Positions 1 through 8,455 of a DNA stretch of 53,480 bases are shown in pieces. Position 1 is the stretch's first letter, and every line of letters begins with the position of its first letter. Source of the stretch: an uncultured Acidimicrobiales bacterium (GTDB lineage: Bacteria; Actinomycetota; Acidimicrobiia; Acidimicrobiales; SHLQ01); contig CAZMYN010000001.1 in the NCBI GenBank assembly GCA_964570495.1, forward strand, positions 1-53,480. Reading direction: 5' to 3'. The translations under genes and the position numbers were made by a program. The notes under the pieces are model-generated. The model worked only from the letters and a program-made list of their open reading frames with translations. It made no database searches and was not told where the DNA came from.

Positions 1-2
1 CT

Positions 3-116
3 TGCAGCATTTTCAACTGGGGAAACAAGTTCAACATCACGATGAACATGGACTCCGCTGACGAATCCGAGTACGAAACGGACATGGAGTACCGGAGAGA
101 GGAAATTACAGCATGA
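3..116 (+). CDS. 3'-terminal fragment of an upstream CDS running off the window edge (product unknown)
   Basis: Frame 3 is open from the window edge to TGA at 114-116 (...NMDSADESEYETDMEYRREEITA*). Its stop overlaps the thioredoxin ATG in an ATGA junction (113-116), typical of translational coupling. Too short to name. Confidence 0.3.
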   Translation, partial: CSIFNWGNKFNITMNMDSADESEYETDMEYRREEITA

Positions 117-439
117 GCATGCTCCTAGATGAGGTTGATTCCGCAGCGCTGAACAGCACTATTGATGCTGAAGAGCGCGGCGTGATCATCGACTTTTGGG
201 GTACATGGTGTCAGCCGTGCCGGACCCTCCGGCCGCATCTCGAACGACTCGCCGATGAACATTCGGACAAGTGGCGAATCGTTGCGGTGCACGCGGAGGA
301 GAATGAAGACCTCGTCGAGAAGTACGGCATTGTGTCGACTCCGACGTTCGTTTTCGTTCGAGGGGGTGAGGAGGTTCACCGAATTACCGGTGCAACACCT
401 CCAAGCGCCATCGAAGCGGCATTGGAAGAGTTGAATTAG
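113..439 (+). CDS. thioredoxin-family protein (active site WCQPC)
   Basis: 108-aa ORF with 'IIDFWGTWCQPCRTLRPHL', i.e. a WCxPC redox motif, and thioredoxin-like length and layout (...VSTPTFVFVRGGEEV...). The motif is WCQPC rather than canonical WCGPC. Confidence 0.9.
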   Translation: MSMLLDEVDSAALNSTIDAEERGVIIDFWGTWCQPCRTLRPHLERLADEHSDKWRIVAVHAEENEDLVEKYGIVSTPTFVFVRGGEEVHRITGATPPSAIEAALEELN

Positions 440-445
440 CAGCTG

Positions 446-494
446 GCGCCCAGGTGACCGTCGGGCCTTTACTGGCTGGTGATCACCTGGGCGC
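446..494. repeat. 12-bp perfect inverted repeat between thioredoxin and DsbA-like genes
   Basis: GCGCCCAGGTGA (446-457) and TCACCTGGGCGC (483-494) are exact reverse complements, separated by 25 nt. The 3' arm is followed by a weakly T-rich TGTTGTT. The repeat covers the GTG at 479 that opens the ORF-track version of the next gene. Confidence 0.6.
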
Positions 495-517
495 TGTTGT
501 TCAACCTCACGTTTGAC

Positions 518-1159
518 ATGCAGAACCCTTCCACGGAACTTATCTACGTCGCCGATCCAATGTGTTCGTGGTGTTATGGCTTTGGACCCCAGCTAGCGAC
601 CGTTCAAGAAGCGACCGGTCTTCCCGTCCGGCTCGTGATGGGCGGGTTATACGTCGGAGACCGAGCCCAGCCCGCAACACCAGGACTCCGCCAGTACCTC
701 GAAGAGACCTGGGATCGCGTCGAGTCGCGTACAGGCCAGCCCTTTCGCTTCGATCATGCGGAGCCGCTGGTTCAGGGCGACTGGATGTACGACACTGCGC
801 CGAGTGCTCAGGCCGTAATCCACGTACGCGACAAAACCCCCGATCGTGCGCTCGCCTATCTCGGCGCCGTGCAACGTGCCTTCTATTTCGACGGCCGCGA
901 TGTCACCAAGTGGGAGGTTCTCGAGTCGATTGGGCAAGAGCTTGGCTTGGGGAGCATTGCGTCGATCGACAGCTTGCTGAACCCAGGCTCGCTAGAGAAA
1001 GACATGGCCGAATCACTGGCATTGGGCGCAAACGGCTATCCCAAGGTAATCCTGGGTACTAGCTATCCCGATGGACGTGTCGATCACATTCCTGTTGCCA
1101 CGGGCTTCACACGTGCATCAGACGTTCAACGCAAGATCCAGGTGCTTCTCACGCCCTAG
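518..1159 (+). CDS. DsbA-family thiol-disulfide oxidoreductase-like protein
   Basis: 'LIYVADPMCSWCYGFGP' gives a CxxC in a DsbA-like N-terminal context, with typical length. The ORF opens at GTG 479. I prefer ATG 518 because 479-494 lies inside the inverted repeat and the first 13 residues add nothing recognisable. Confidence 0.75.
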   Translation: MQNPSTELIYVADPMCSWCYGFGPQLATVQEATGLPVRLVMGGLYVGDRAQPATPGLRQYLEETWDRVESRTGQPFRFDHAEPLVQGDWMYDTAPSAQAVIHVRDKTPDRALAYLGAVQRAFYFDGRDVTKWEVLESIGQELGLGSIASIDSLLNPGSLEKDMAESLALGANGYPKVILGTSYPDGRVDHIPVATGFTRASDVQRKIQVLLTP

Positions 1160-2034
1160 TCGACACCCCGTGTCGAGTTGCCGAAGAACGCGAGGCCGTT
1201 GCAGGTGAGATCGTGCTCGCCGTACTGGTCGACGAGGTGTGGCGGAGGGGTGATCTTCAACATGTAGGTCGGTTCGTGGTCGAGGTGCGCGAACGGGCTG
1301 CGGGCAAACGCGTCTTGAACCATCGTTGCCGACATCTGGTTCTGTTCGGGTGAGTTGAAGACGTAGTGGGCAACCACCCGTGCATCGGCTTCGTCGATTC
1401 CCTTGACCGTGGTCAGGTGTTCGAAGACTTCGTCTTCGTTCGATTCGAGCTGGCACCAGTTCGGGAGCAGGTCCGGCATTTTTGCGAAACCGTAGTGAGT
1501 GCCCGAAGGACCCTTCACCGCTACGTGATGGCCGCGAGCCGAGTAGTACAGCGGTCCACCATCGAGGTAGAGAACTCCGCCGGGCTCGAGCACGCGATCG
1601 CATTCGAGGAGGAAGTCGTCCATGTCGCTGATGTGTTCGAGCACGGCGCGGCCGTACACCATCGAGAAGCTGTCGTCGGCGAAGTTGAGCGCCCCGATGT
1701 CGTTCTGCTTCACGGTGATTGGGTAATCACCCACCCGCGACTCCATGCCCTTCACGATGAGGTTCGACGCCACGATCGGAAGGCCGCTGACACCGTGCAG
1801 GACCTTGGCGCTCGCTAGCTGACCGTCGGAGCCGATTTCAAGAATTGGCTTGTTGCTCGACGCGACGGTCGGGATGTCGACCTTTGCGAGCAGCCGGTTG
1901 AACGTGCCGCGCAAAACCGGGATGCGCTTCTCGTTCCACTTCGTCGTTCCCATGAGGGCGCGTTCGAGCTCGGCCTCAACCGTCGCCATCTGATCGTCTG
2001 TCACCTCAGGCACGAACGAAACACTATCGAGCAA
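1156..2034 (-). CDS. class I SAM-dependent methyltransferase
   Basis: 292-aa ORF with 'SMVYGRAVLEHISDMDDFLLECDRVLEPGGVLYLDG', matching post-motif I-III of Methyltransf_11-type enzymes. Its stop shares the palindromic CTAG (1156-1159) with the convergent DsbA-like gene. Confidence 0.7.
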   Translation of the reverse strand: MLDSVSFVPEVTDDQMATVEAELERALMGTTKWNEKRIPVLRGTFNRLLAKVDIPTVASSNKPILEIGSDGQLASAKVLHGVSGLPIVASNLIVKGMESRVGDYPITVKQNDIGALNFADDSFSMVYGRAVLEHISDMDDFLLECDRVLEPGGVLYLDGGPLYYSARGHHVAVKGPSGTHYGFAKMPDLLPNWCQLESNEDEVFEHLTTVKGIDEADARVVAHYVFNSPEQNQMSATMVQDAFARSPFAHLDHEPTYMLKITPPPHLVDQYGEHDLTCNGLAFFGNSTRGVD

Positions 2035-2055
2035 GCTCGCCTTCGAAGCGGCTTC

Positions 2056-4614
2056 TCAGCAGATGAACGAAGGATCGTCGAGGTTGTCGATACCTGCGTA
2101 CACGCTGCTGTCGAGCAGGCCGTCGCCGAACATCAGGAACGTTGGCGAGTACGGGTCGCCAGTCACGCGAGCATGCCAGCACCCGTTGATTGCGTTCTGC
2201 GGCGGCACGGTTTCAAGATCTGCGCCCAACGCATCAGCAAAGACCGTGCCCGAAAGGCCCTCGACCCCAGGGACGCGGCTAAGTCCAAATTCGAACGTAG
2301 CGGCCAAGCGCCCGACAACGCTGAGTCGCTGCGGGATGACGTGAAGTGTGACGGTTCCGTAGGGCTCAACGACAATCTCGTGGGTTCCAGCCGGGAGAAC
2401 GTCGCCGATTCGACCGGTAGCAAAACTCGAGTCGGACGTCAGCACACGATCGCCGTCGGGCCAACGAACCGTGGCCGTCTCAAACCCCAGGTTCCAAAAA
2501 TCGAGGTCGTGCTCTTCGCCGACGATGACGCAGAAGGGCTGGGCCATGTCGTCGAAGGTGGTGATCGCCGACCTGTCGCCGTAGGCCGTGTCGCAACGTT
2601 GCGGGTCGGCTTCTTCGAGGAGTTCGGTTAGTCCAAGCTCTTCGGCTTCGATGGCAACCAGTGCGGCTTCTCGCTCGATGTCGTCGCGCAGACGTTGCTC
2701 GCCGGACGGATTTTCAACGACCTCTTGCGACAAATTCCAAATCGAATCGAGCCACTGCACGTGCCACGAGTAGCAGGCGGTGTTGATAATTGGCTGCCCT
2801 TCCCAGCTGTACCCAAACTCATCTTGGGTGACCGTGTTCCCGCCACGTTCGCTGCATTGCCCAAACAGCTCCCATGCCTGGTCGAATTCCTCTTCGCTTA
2901 CACCGGCACTAAGCGCTGCGCTCTGCTCAGGTGAGCGCGGGAGGGGGTCCGTGAAGGTCGCCGAACCCGTTGTTCTCGCGTCGATCTCGCGGTTGACCGT
3001 GTCTTGGCAGAGCTGCACTCGATCCTCCGGCGCCCCGAACTCGGTCTCAACGACGAGCCGTCCGTCAGCGTCGACGGCGACGTCCAGCCGTGGGGCCTCC
3101 GGCATTCTCTCCACCGCGTCGAGGCAGAGCTCAAAGCTGCCAATCGGATCGACGATCGCAAAGTCCTCGAGGGTGGCTGAATTGTTGGTCGAGGAATCAT
3201 TGGACGTGTCGGCAACCCACACCGAAGAACTCGAAAAGCTCGGGCCCTGCGACGCCGTCGCCGCGGTGCCCACGAAAAAGGCCCGACCACCGAGGACGAA
3301 CATGTCTTCGAACTCCGCTGGGGGCAGCTCGCCGAAACCGATCACCGTTCCCCGCTCGTAGAGATTCCAAAGGTCGATGCCGCGCTCGTCGCCCTCGTGC
3401 CACTCGATCGCAGCCAAAACGCCTGCGTCATGAGCAAACAGGAACGGCTCGGTCTCAAAGGAGCGCACGAAGGAGTCGGGCCTCGGGTACGGCGTCCATC
3501 GGGTTCCGTCTACCGAGTGCCACAGCCCCGCCCTTTGGGTAGCCGTCTCGCCCTCCTCGATGGCGTCGACGCTATTCTCGAGACCCGATACAACAAAGCC
3601 GTCGGAGCCAGCAACAAGATCGAACGCCGACGCTGTTTCGCCTGGCAGTTCGATGTCTCGAACCGACACCACCTCTCCGTCGTGCAGGATTGCTTGGGAA
3701 CCGCTTTCCAGCGCGTGTTGCTCAAGCAATGTCGTCCAGGTTTCTCCATCTGTCGTAGTCAGTCCCGTTCTGAAATTGTCGCTCGCCCGAGTTTCCTCGT
3801 GCAGCACCGCCAAGACGGTGTTTCCATCCACCGACGCCGATTGAACCCACGATTCTTCAAACTCGGAGCGTGGTAGCTCAAGGCGTTGCCAGTCATTTCC
3901 ATTCGTTGACCGGTACGCGAGTGGGCGTACGACAAACCCACGGGCGCTCTCGTCGCTCGTGCTCGAAACTCCAAACGCCCAAATCGCGCCGTCGTCGGTC
4001 GTGACGACATGTTCAAAGATGGCGATGTCTGGTTCGTCTTCGATAGGCCGCGGCACGGGGCCGAATCCGAGATCGACCGGCGTCCACGTTTCGCCATCGT
4101 CCGATCGCCAAATCGCCGCGTTCGCGGACACATCAACAGCTTGTTCACCGGCGGTCAGAAACTCCCCGCCGACTGCCCACGCCTCGCCGCCTGACGCAAC
4201 GACTGCTTCGACCTGGACGATGGCACCAGGATGCAGCGGCGTGAACGCGTCGGTCACCTCTCGCCACTCCGCCGTCGACAATCCCTCTGGCAGTGTGGGG
4301 AGGCTCGCGACTGGAGATGCAGAGTCATCGGTGCTGTCGGCTGCGACCACGCCCTGTTCGTCGGTCCGCAGGTTCGCAAACAGCAAACCACCGAGTAGGA
4401 CAGCCACGATGCTCGCGGCGACGAGAGCCAGCGTTCGATTCCCCGACCGCTCCGCCGCGGGAATATCAAACTCGGGTATCGCTACAGCTGAAGCGTCGTC
4501 AGAGAGCATCTCGGGCGCGAGTGGTGCGTCGTGACCACCTCGGGCGGTGAGTTCATCGAGCGTCACCGGGTCTGCGATCGAGTCGATGTGGTTTCGAAGG
4601 CGTTCCTCAAGCAT
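2056..4614 (-). CDS. membrane-anchored protein co-transcribed with the ECF sigma factor (putative anti-sigma/sensor) with a BNR/Asp-box repeat ectodomain
   Basis: 852 aa. Its start overlaps the sigma gene stop by 8 nt. A short cytoplasmic N-terminus is followed by one TM helix (TLALVAASIVAVLLGGLLFANL). Four Asp-box-like motifs are present (RSDDGETWTP, STNGNDWQRL, TTDGETWTTL, HSVDGTRWTP), followed by a Cys-containing C-terminal half. Confidence 0.6.
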   Translation of the reverse strand: MLEERLRNHIDSIADPVTLDELTARGGHDAPLAPEMLSDDASAVAIPEFDIPAAERSGNRTLALVAASIVAVLLGGLLFANLRTDEQGVVAADSTDDSASPVASLPTLPEGLSTAEWREVTDAFTPLHPGAIVQVEAVVASGGEAWAVGGEFLTAGEQAVDVSANAAIWRSDDGETWTPVDLGFGPVPRPIEDEPDIAIFEHVVTTDDGAIWAFGVSSTSDESARGFVVRPLAYRSTNGNDWQRLELPRSEFEESWVQSASVDGNTVLAVLHEETRASDNFRTGLTTTDGETWTTLLEQHALESGSQAILHDGEVVSVRDIELPGETASAFDLVAGSDGFVVSGLENSVDAIEEGETATQRAGLWHSVDGTRWTPYPRPDSFVRSFETEPFLFAHDAGVLAAIEWHEGDERGIDLWNLYERGTVIGFGELPPAEFEDMFVLGGRAFFVGTAATASQGPSFSSSSVWVADTSNDSSTNNSATLEDFAIVDPIGSFELCLDAVERMPEAPRLDVAVDADGRLVVETEFGAPEDRVQLCQDTVNREIDARTTGSATFTDPLPRSPEQSAALSAGVSEEEFDQAWELFGQCSERGGNTVTQDEFGYSWEGQPIINTACYSWHVQWLDSIWNLSQEVVENPSGEQRLRDDIEREAALVAIEAEELGLTELLEEADPQRCDTAYGDRSAITTFDDMAQPFCVIVGEEHDLDFWNLGFETATVRWPDGDRVLTSDSSFATGRIGDVLPAGTHEIVVEPYGTVTLHVIPQRLSVVGRLAATFEFGLSRVPGVEGLSGTVFADALGADLETVPPQNAINGCWHARVTGDPYSPTFLMFGDGLLDSSVYAGIDNLDDPSFIC

Positions 4615-5086
4615 TGTCTGTGACCTCCAGGTCCTTTCGCAGGCGACTCATCGCGCGTTCGACGTGGTTCTGAATTGATGAGCGGGCGCATCCCAATAAC
4701 TCGGCGGCCTCGCGATGTGTCATGCCAAAGCCCGCTACCAAAACAACGGCTTGGCGCTGACGGGGGCTCAGCTGTGAGAGCGCGTGGGCGAGTTCGTGGT
4801 CGGCGTAACGGTCCTCCTCGGTCATCGTGGATTCGGTCACGGCGAAGTCAGATCCTCGGGTGCTGGTACGGGAACGTTGACGGGTGGCCCACCGTTCGCC
4901 GGTCCGGTACACGTACCCCGACCGGTTCTCCATCTCGGCTACGCGTTCCCATGAGCGCCATGCCACGGCGAATCCCTCGGCGGTCGCGTCCCGCCCGAGT
5001 TCAGCACCGAAACGGCTTACCAGCGCGCGACGAACCAGTGGCTCAGCTTCACCAAAGAAGATCTCGAACGCTTCGGCTTGACCCAT
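4607..5086 (-). CDS. ECF-type RNA polymerase sigma-70 family factor
   Basis: 159 aa. The region-4 HTH is 'LSPRQRQAVVLVAGFGMTHREAAELLGCARSSIQNHVERAMSRLRKDL'. A region-2-like N-terminus is present (FEIFFGEAEPLVRRALVSRFG...). Confidence 0.85.
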   Translation of the reverse strand: MGQAEAFEIFFGEAEPLVRRALVSRFGAELGRDATAEGFAVAWRSWERVAEMENRSGYVYRTGERWATRQRSRTSTRGSDFAVTESTMTEEDRYADHELAHALSQLSPRQRQAVVLVAGFGMTHREAAELLGCARSSIQNHVERAMSRLRKDLEVTDNA

Positions 5087-5259
5087 CTACAAACGCCTTC
5101 CCATGTCCACCTAAGGCACGGGACCACCAGTTTGCACCACATAGTCCTCGATGCAAGCGCTTGAGAGGCGCCGCAGAAGTTACGTGCCGTAGATACCGGA
5201 CAACGCTGCGTCCGGTACATTCAAAGATCGAGAACGCACTCTGCGGGCTCGGTTGATTT

Positions 5260-5331
5260 GCCCCCGTAGTTCAACGGATAGAGCACGAGTTTCCTAAACT
5301 TGGAATGGGGGTTCGATTCCCTCCGGGGGCG
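5260..5331 (+). tRNA. tRNA-Arg (anticodon CCT)
   Basis: Hand-folded cloverleaf. Acceptor GCCCCCG/CGGGGGC; D arm GTTC-AACGGATA-GAGC; anticodon arm CGAGT-TTCCTAA-ACTTG (anticodon CCT); variable GAAT; T arm GGGGG-TTCGATT-CCCTC; discriminator G. No encoded CCA. Confidence 0.9.
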
Positions 5332-5387
5332 CTAGCGGGGTGAACTCCCCGGAGACGCATACACCAGGCTGCAATAGCGTTGGACCC

Positions 5388-6575
5388 ATGCGTGTCTGGA
5401 GGTGGATTCTGAGGCTGATTGCAGCCGCTGTGCTCCTGAGCGCCGTATTCGCCATCAGTTTCATCATCGCTGTCACGATGCGCCCGCAACCGCAGGTCGG
5501 CACTCTGGCTCCGATTGCGGCGCCGACTGTCGAGACAACCGCACCGGTGACTCGCCCGGCGCTGGAGCCGGAATTGTCCGAGCAGTCACAGTCGGTTCCA
5601 ACGACCGCTCCCCCAATCGCCTTCGTCGAGGGAGCTGTCGAACTCGTCGACACCATTTCTGCGCCTCCACCGCCTGTCACCACCGAAGCCCGGCCAGCCG
5701 TCGAGCTCAACCTCGACCCCGTCTTCGCGTCGATCGAGTCCCGTCTGTCGACCGAAGTCGACATTGCAATCCGACTGCCCGCACAGCTCGACGGTGCCGA
5801 GGCCTGGTCGGCGACCATCGACTCGATCGACGCCAACCGTTACGTCGTCCACGTTGAAGATGAACCCGATTGCAACGCTGCGTCGGCCTGTCGCACCCTC
5901 ACCTTTACCGGAAGCAGAAGCACCGCTGCAGAGCCATCGCTACCGGCGGGAACGACCATCCCCCTCCCAAACGGCGAGCGCGGCGTGTTCGTCGACTCGT
6001 CGTGCGGAGCCGACTGTAACAACGGCTTCATCGTCTGGGTTGAGGACGATGTGCGGTATTCGGTCGGAAGTCGAGTGGCCTCGGGGCCAGCGGTGCTCGA
6101 CCTTGCGTGGCGTTCAATCGACACCGCCCTACCCACCCCGTCGGGTCCGCAGATCTGCGGGCCTGGCGCACCCAAGCACAACGGCCAAGTAGCACGGACG
6201 ATCACCACCGAAGTGGACGACCAGCGGTCAATGCACTGGATTGCCGTCTGCTCGGGGCTCGGCTTCGACATCGAAATCGTCGAAGCTCCCGGCGACCTGC
6301 GCTGGACCGACGTCGACGGCGACGACATCTACGACGCGGTCATCACCCACGCCGATGGCAGCTCCACCATCTTTGCGATCGACGGGAACCGCCCGCTCGG
6401 AGTGATCGATACCAGTGGAGGTCGACTACAGGTCGGCGACCTCAAGTGTGTGAATTCGACTCGCCGTCAACCAATCGACGCAGCGACGAACGAGCGGCTC
6501 GAATACATCAACTCGACATCGGTCAGGCGCGTCGCCGACCCAACGCTTAGCGAGTCTGACGTCGGCGATTGCTAA
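5388..6575 (+). CDS. hypothetical N-terminally membrane-anchored/secreted protein
   Basis: The ORF opens at GTG 5340, only 9 nt after the tRNA. ATG 5388 gives 'MRVWRWILRLIAAAVLLSAVFAISFIIAV' as a signal-anchor. A Pro/Thr-rich linker and Cys-containing domains follow, with an acidic 'WTDVDGDDIYDAVITHADG' Ca-binding-like segment near the C-terminus. No family assigned. Confidence 0.6.
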   Translation: MRVWRWILRLIAAAVLLSAVFAISFIIAVTMRPQPQVGTLAPIAAPTVETTAPVTRPALEPELSEQSQSVPTTAPPIAFVEGAVELVDTISAPPPPVTTEARPAVELNLDPVFASIESRLSTEVDIAIRLPAQLDGAEAWSATIDSIDANRYVVHVEDEPDCNAASACRTLTFTGSRSTAAEPSLPAGTTIPLPNGERGVFVDSSCGADCNNGFIVWVEDDVRYSVGSRVASGPAVLDLAWRSIDTALPTPSGPQICGPGAPKHNGQVARTITTEVDDQRSMHWIAVCSGLGFDIEIVEAPGDLRWTDVDGDDIYDAVITHADGSSTIFAIDGNRPLGVIDTSGGRLQVGDLKCVNSTRRQPIDAATNERLEYINSTSVRRVADPTLSESDVGDC

Positions 6576-7659
6576 CGATTGGGGCCAGCGCACTCGTGCG
6601 AACCTTGCCGACCGGCGCACGCGGATGATTGACCACCACTCGCTGTTCAACTCGAAACCCTTCGAGGTGCAAGTACTCAAGCATTGCTTGGGCACCACCA
6701 GCCAACGCGTCCATCAACAGGTGCGTGTCGACCTCGAGGCGTTCAGGGAGGTCGACCTCTTTGGGCGGAAGCACCACCTCAATCCGCACGTCACGGCCAC
6801 CAGCAATAACAGGGGTTCCCCGTCCCTCGATCACTGCACGCAACGCCTCGGTCGACCTGAAGAAACGATCTGACGAACGGCTCACAACATCGGACACGTA
6901 CTCGCCGTGCATCCGTTTCACCAGGCGCGGGACAGTTGCCCGTTCGAGCCGATTCAGTGGCTCGGGCTTCCCATCGTTGAAGCCACGACTGCGAATGACG
7001 AGCACGTGGGTCGCGTCGAACCCGATTGCCGATGACCACGGCACAGCATCGAACATTCCTCCGTCGACGTACTCCTTGTCGTCGACAAAGCGAGAGGGGC
7101 CGGCCATGACGGGCAGACAGGCGGTTGCGGCCAGCACTCGGCGAGCGTGCGCCTCGTTCTCCCCGACCCGAAAGATACGGCGCGGATTGTCGGCATCGAC
7201 CGGGGTCACCGTTGCCCACACCGGGATGTCACTGTTGATCAGGTCGTCCCAGTTGAACCCGTGGCGATCGAGCGCCTCATTGATCAAGTAGTCGAGGTCG
7301 AGGACTGATCCTTCTCGCATCAGCCGCTTCGGGTTCAGGAACCGTTCGCTGTTGAGCACCGTGTAGTAGAGCACCGAGCCCGATGTCCCCTGAGAGGTCG
7401 CGAAGAACGCTCCAGCGATGGCTCCTGCCGACGTGCCGACAACAACATCGACGCTGTTCCGGAGGCCGAGCTGTTCGAGTGCGAGGAGCATGCCCGAGGA
7501 AACCGCGCCTCGCATACCGCCACCCTCGACGGCAACAACGAGTCGATAGTCGTCGTCGCGGTAGCCGGGAACGGAACTGCGGTCGAGGCGTTCGAGCAGA
7601 ACGTCGCGCACCGACGGCAGGGTAGATGAGGTCGCGTCCGCCACGGCAACCTCGCTCAT
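6547..7659 (-). CDS. patatin-like phospholipase
   Basis: Oxyanion 'GGGMRG', nucleophile elbow 'GTSAG' (GxSxG) and catalytic-Asp motif 'VDGGMFD' are all present. The ORF opens at 7692. ATG 7659 follows a GAGG Shine-Dalgarno at good spacing and lies 1 nt after the DedA stop, so I prefer it. Confidence 0.85.
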   Translation of the reverse strand: MSEVAVADATSSTLPSVRDVLLERLDRSSVPGYRDDDYRLVVAVEGGGMRGAVSSGMLLALEQLGLRNSVDVVVGTSAGAIAGAFFATSQGTSGSVLYYTVLNSERFLNPKRLMREGSVLDLDYLINEALDRHGFNWDDLINSDIPVWATVTPVDADNPRRIFRVGENEAHARRVLAATACLPVMAGPSRFVDDKEYVDGGMFDAVPWSSAIGFDATHVLVIRSRGFNDGKPEPLNRLERATVPRLVKRMHGEYVSDVVSRSSDRFFRSTEALRAVIEGRGTPVIAGGRDVRIEVVLPPKEVDLPERLEVDTHLLMDALAGGAQAMLEYLHLEGFRVEQRVVVNHPRAPVGKVRTSALAPIVSNRRRQTR

Positions 7660-7660
7660 C

Positions 7661-8380
7661 TCAGACCTCGAGGAGCGGGGACTCCACCTCATCGCCTCCG
7701 CGAATGCGGTCGATCACCCAACGCCCGACCTCGATGAGAAGCGTGACACCGAGTGCGAATCCGAATGCCAGCCACAGCGCCGAGCTCGGATCGTCGATGG
7801 AGCTCGCAAAGAAGAAGCCGAGGAGCCCGGCATAACTTGCCCACAGAGTTGTGGCGAGCAGATCCCAACGAGTGAACCAGGACCAGAACGGCTGGCCGGT
7901 CAGCCCGCACGAGAAGGTCATGGCGGTTCGACCACCGGGGATGAAGCGGGCGGTGATCAACAACAGACCGCCGCGCTTTCTGATCTGCTCGCCTGTCGCG
8001 AAGAGCCGCTTCTCGCCCTTTTCTCCGCGGAAGAAGAGACGCTTCAGGGTTTTGTCGCTTCGTTGGCCGATCCAGTAGCCGAGCGAGTCTCCCGCATATG
8101 CGCCGAGCGAACCCGAGATGATGACCAAGATGATCGCGAGCACTCGAAAGTCGCCCAGAAGCTCGCCTCCGCCTGCTGCTACTCCGGCCGCGATCACACT
8201 GAACTCTGACGGGACAATCGGAATGACCGAGTCGAGAAGCGCGATCACGAACAGCAGCAGCAAGAACCACGGGTTCTGCGACAGGTCCAAGATCAGCTCT
8301 TCCACCGTGTGGAAGAAATCAACTGCCCAATCAATGAGACCGCTCACGCTACTGAGAGTATCGAAATGAACCTGGGTCAT
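7661..8380 (-). CDS. DedA-family integral membrane protein
   Basis: From ATG 8380 ('MTQVHFDTLS...'): 'LLLLFVIALLDSVIPIVPSEFSVIAAG', '...RGGLLLITARFIPGGRTAMTFSCGLTG' and several TM helices, the DedA/SNARE-associated pattern. The ORF-track 474-aa version (to 9085) is an artefactual upstream extension antisense to the ABC ATPase. Confidence 0.8.
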   Translation of the reverse strand: MTQVHFDTLSSVSGLIDWAVDFFHTVEELILDLSQNPWFLLLLFVIALLDSVIPIVPSEFSVIAAGVAAGGGELLGDFRVLAIILVIISGSLGAYAGDSLGYWIGQRSDKTLKRLFFRGEKGEKRLFATGEQIRKRGGLLLITARFIPGGRTAMTFSCGLTGQPFWSWFTRWDLLATTLWASYAGLLGFFFASSIDDPSSALWLAFGFALGVTLLIEVGRWVIDRIRGGDEVESPLLEV

Positions 8381-8455
8381 ACAGATCCTCTGTGGGACGA
8401 ATTTTCTCGTCGTTGCGCACGACCGCGCACCCAATAGCGACAAAGATGGTCTGAA

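Noticed and set aside
1156-1159. Shared palindromic CTAG stop of convergent DsbA-like and methyltransferase genes
   Set aside because: It is real in the sequence, but it is a trivial consequence of convergent TAG stops and needs no functional explanation.
5195-5216. 7-bp hairpin ACCGGAC-N8-GTCCGGT between the sigma gene and the tRNA, as a terminator
   Set aside because: There is no adjoining U-tract on either strand, and it lies upstream of both divergent features. It is more likely incidental or part of a promoter region, so it was not called.
5260-7692. Genomic island integrated at tRNA-Arg
   Set aside because: There is no integrase or recombinase, I saw no direct repeat of the tRNA 3' end downstream, and the following genes have the same GC-rich coding character as the rest of the window.
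6547-7692. Patatin as a CBASS-like or other anti-phage effector
   Set aside because: No CD-NTase or cyclase, SMODS, TIR, STING or sensor genes are adjacent. The gene is coupled to DedA and sits among housekeeping envelope genes.
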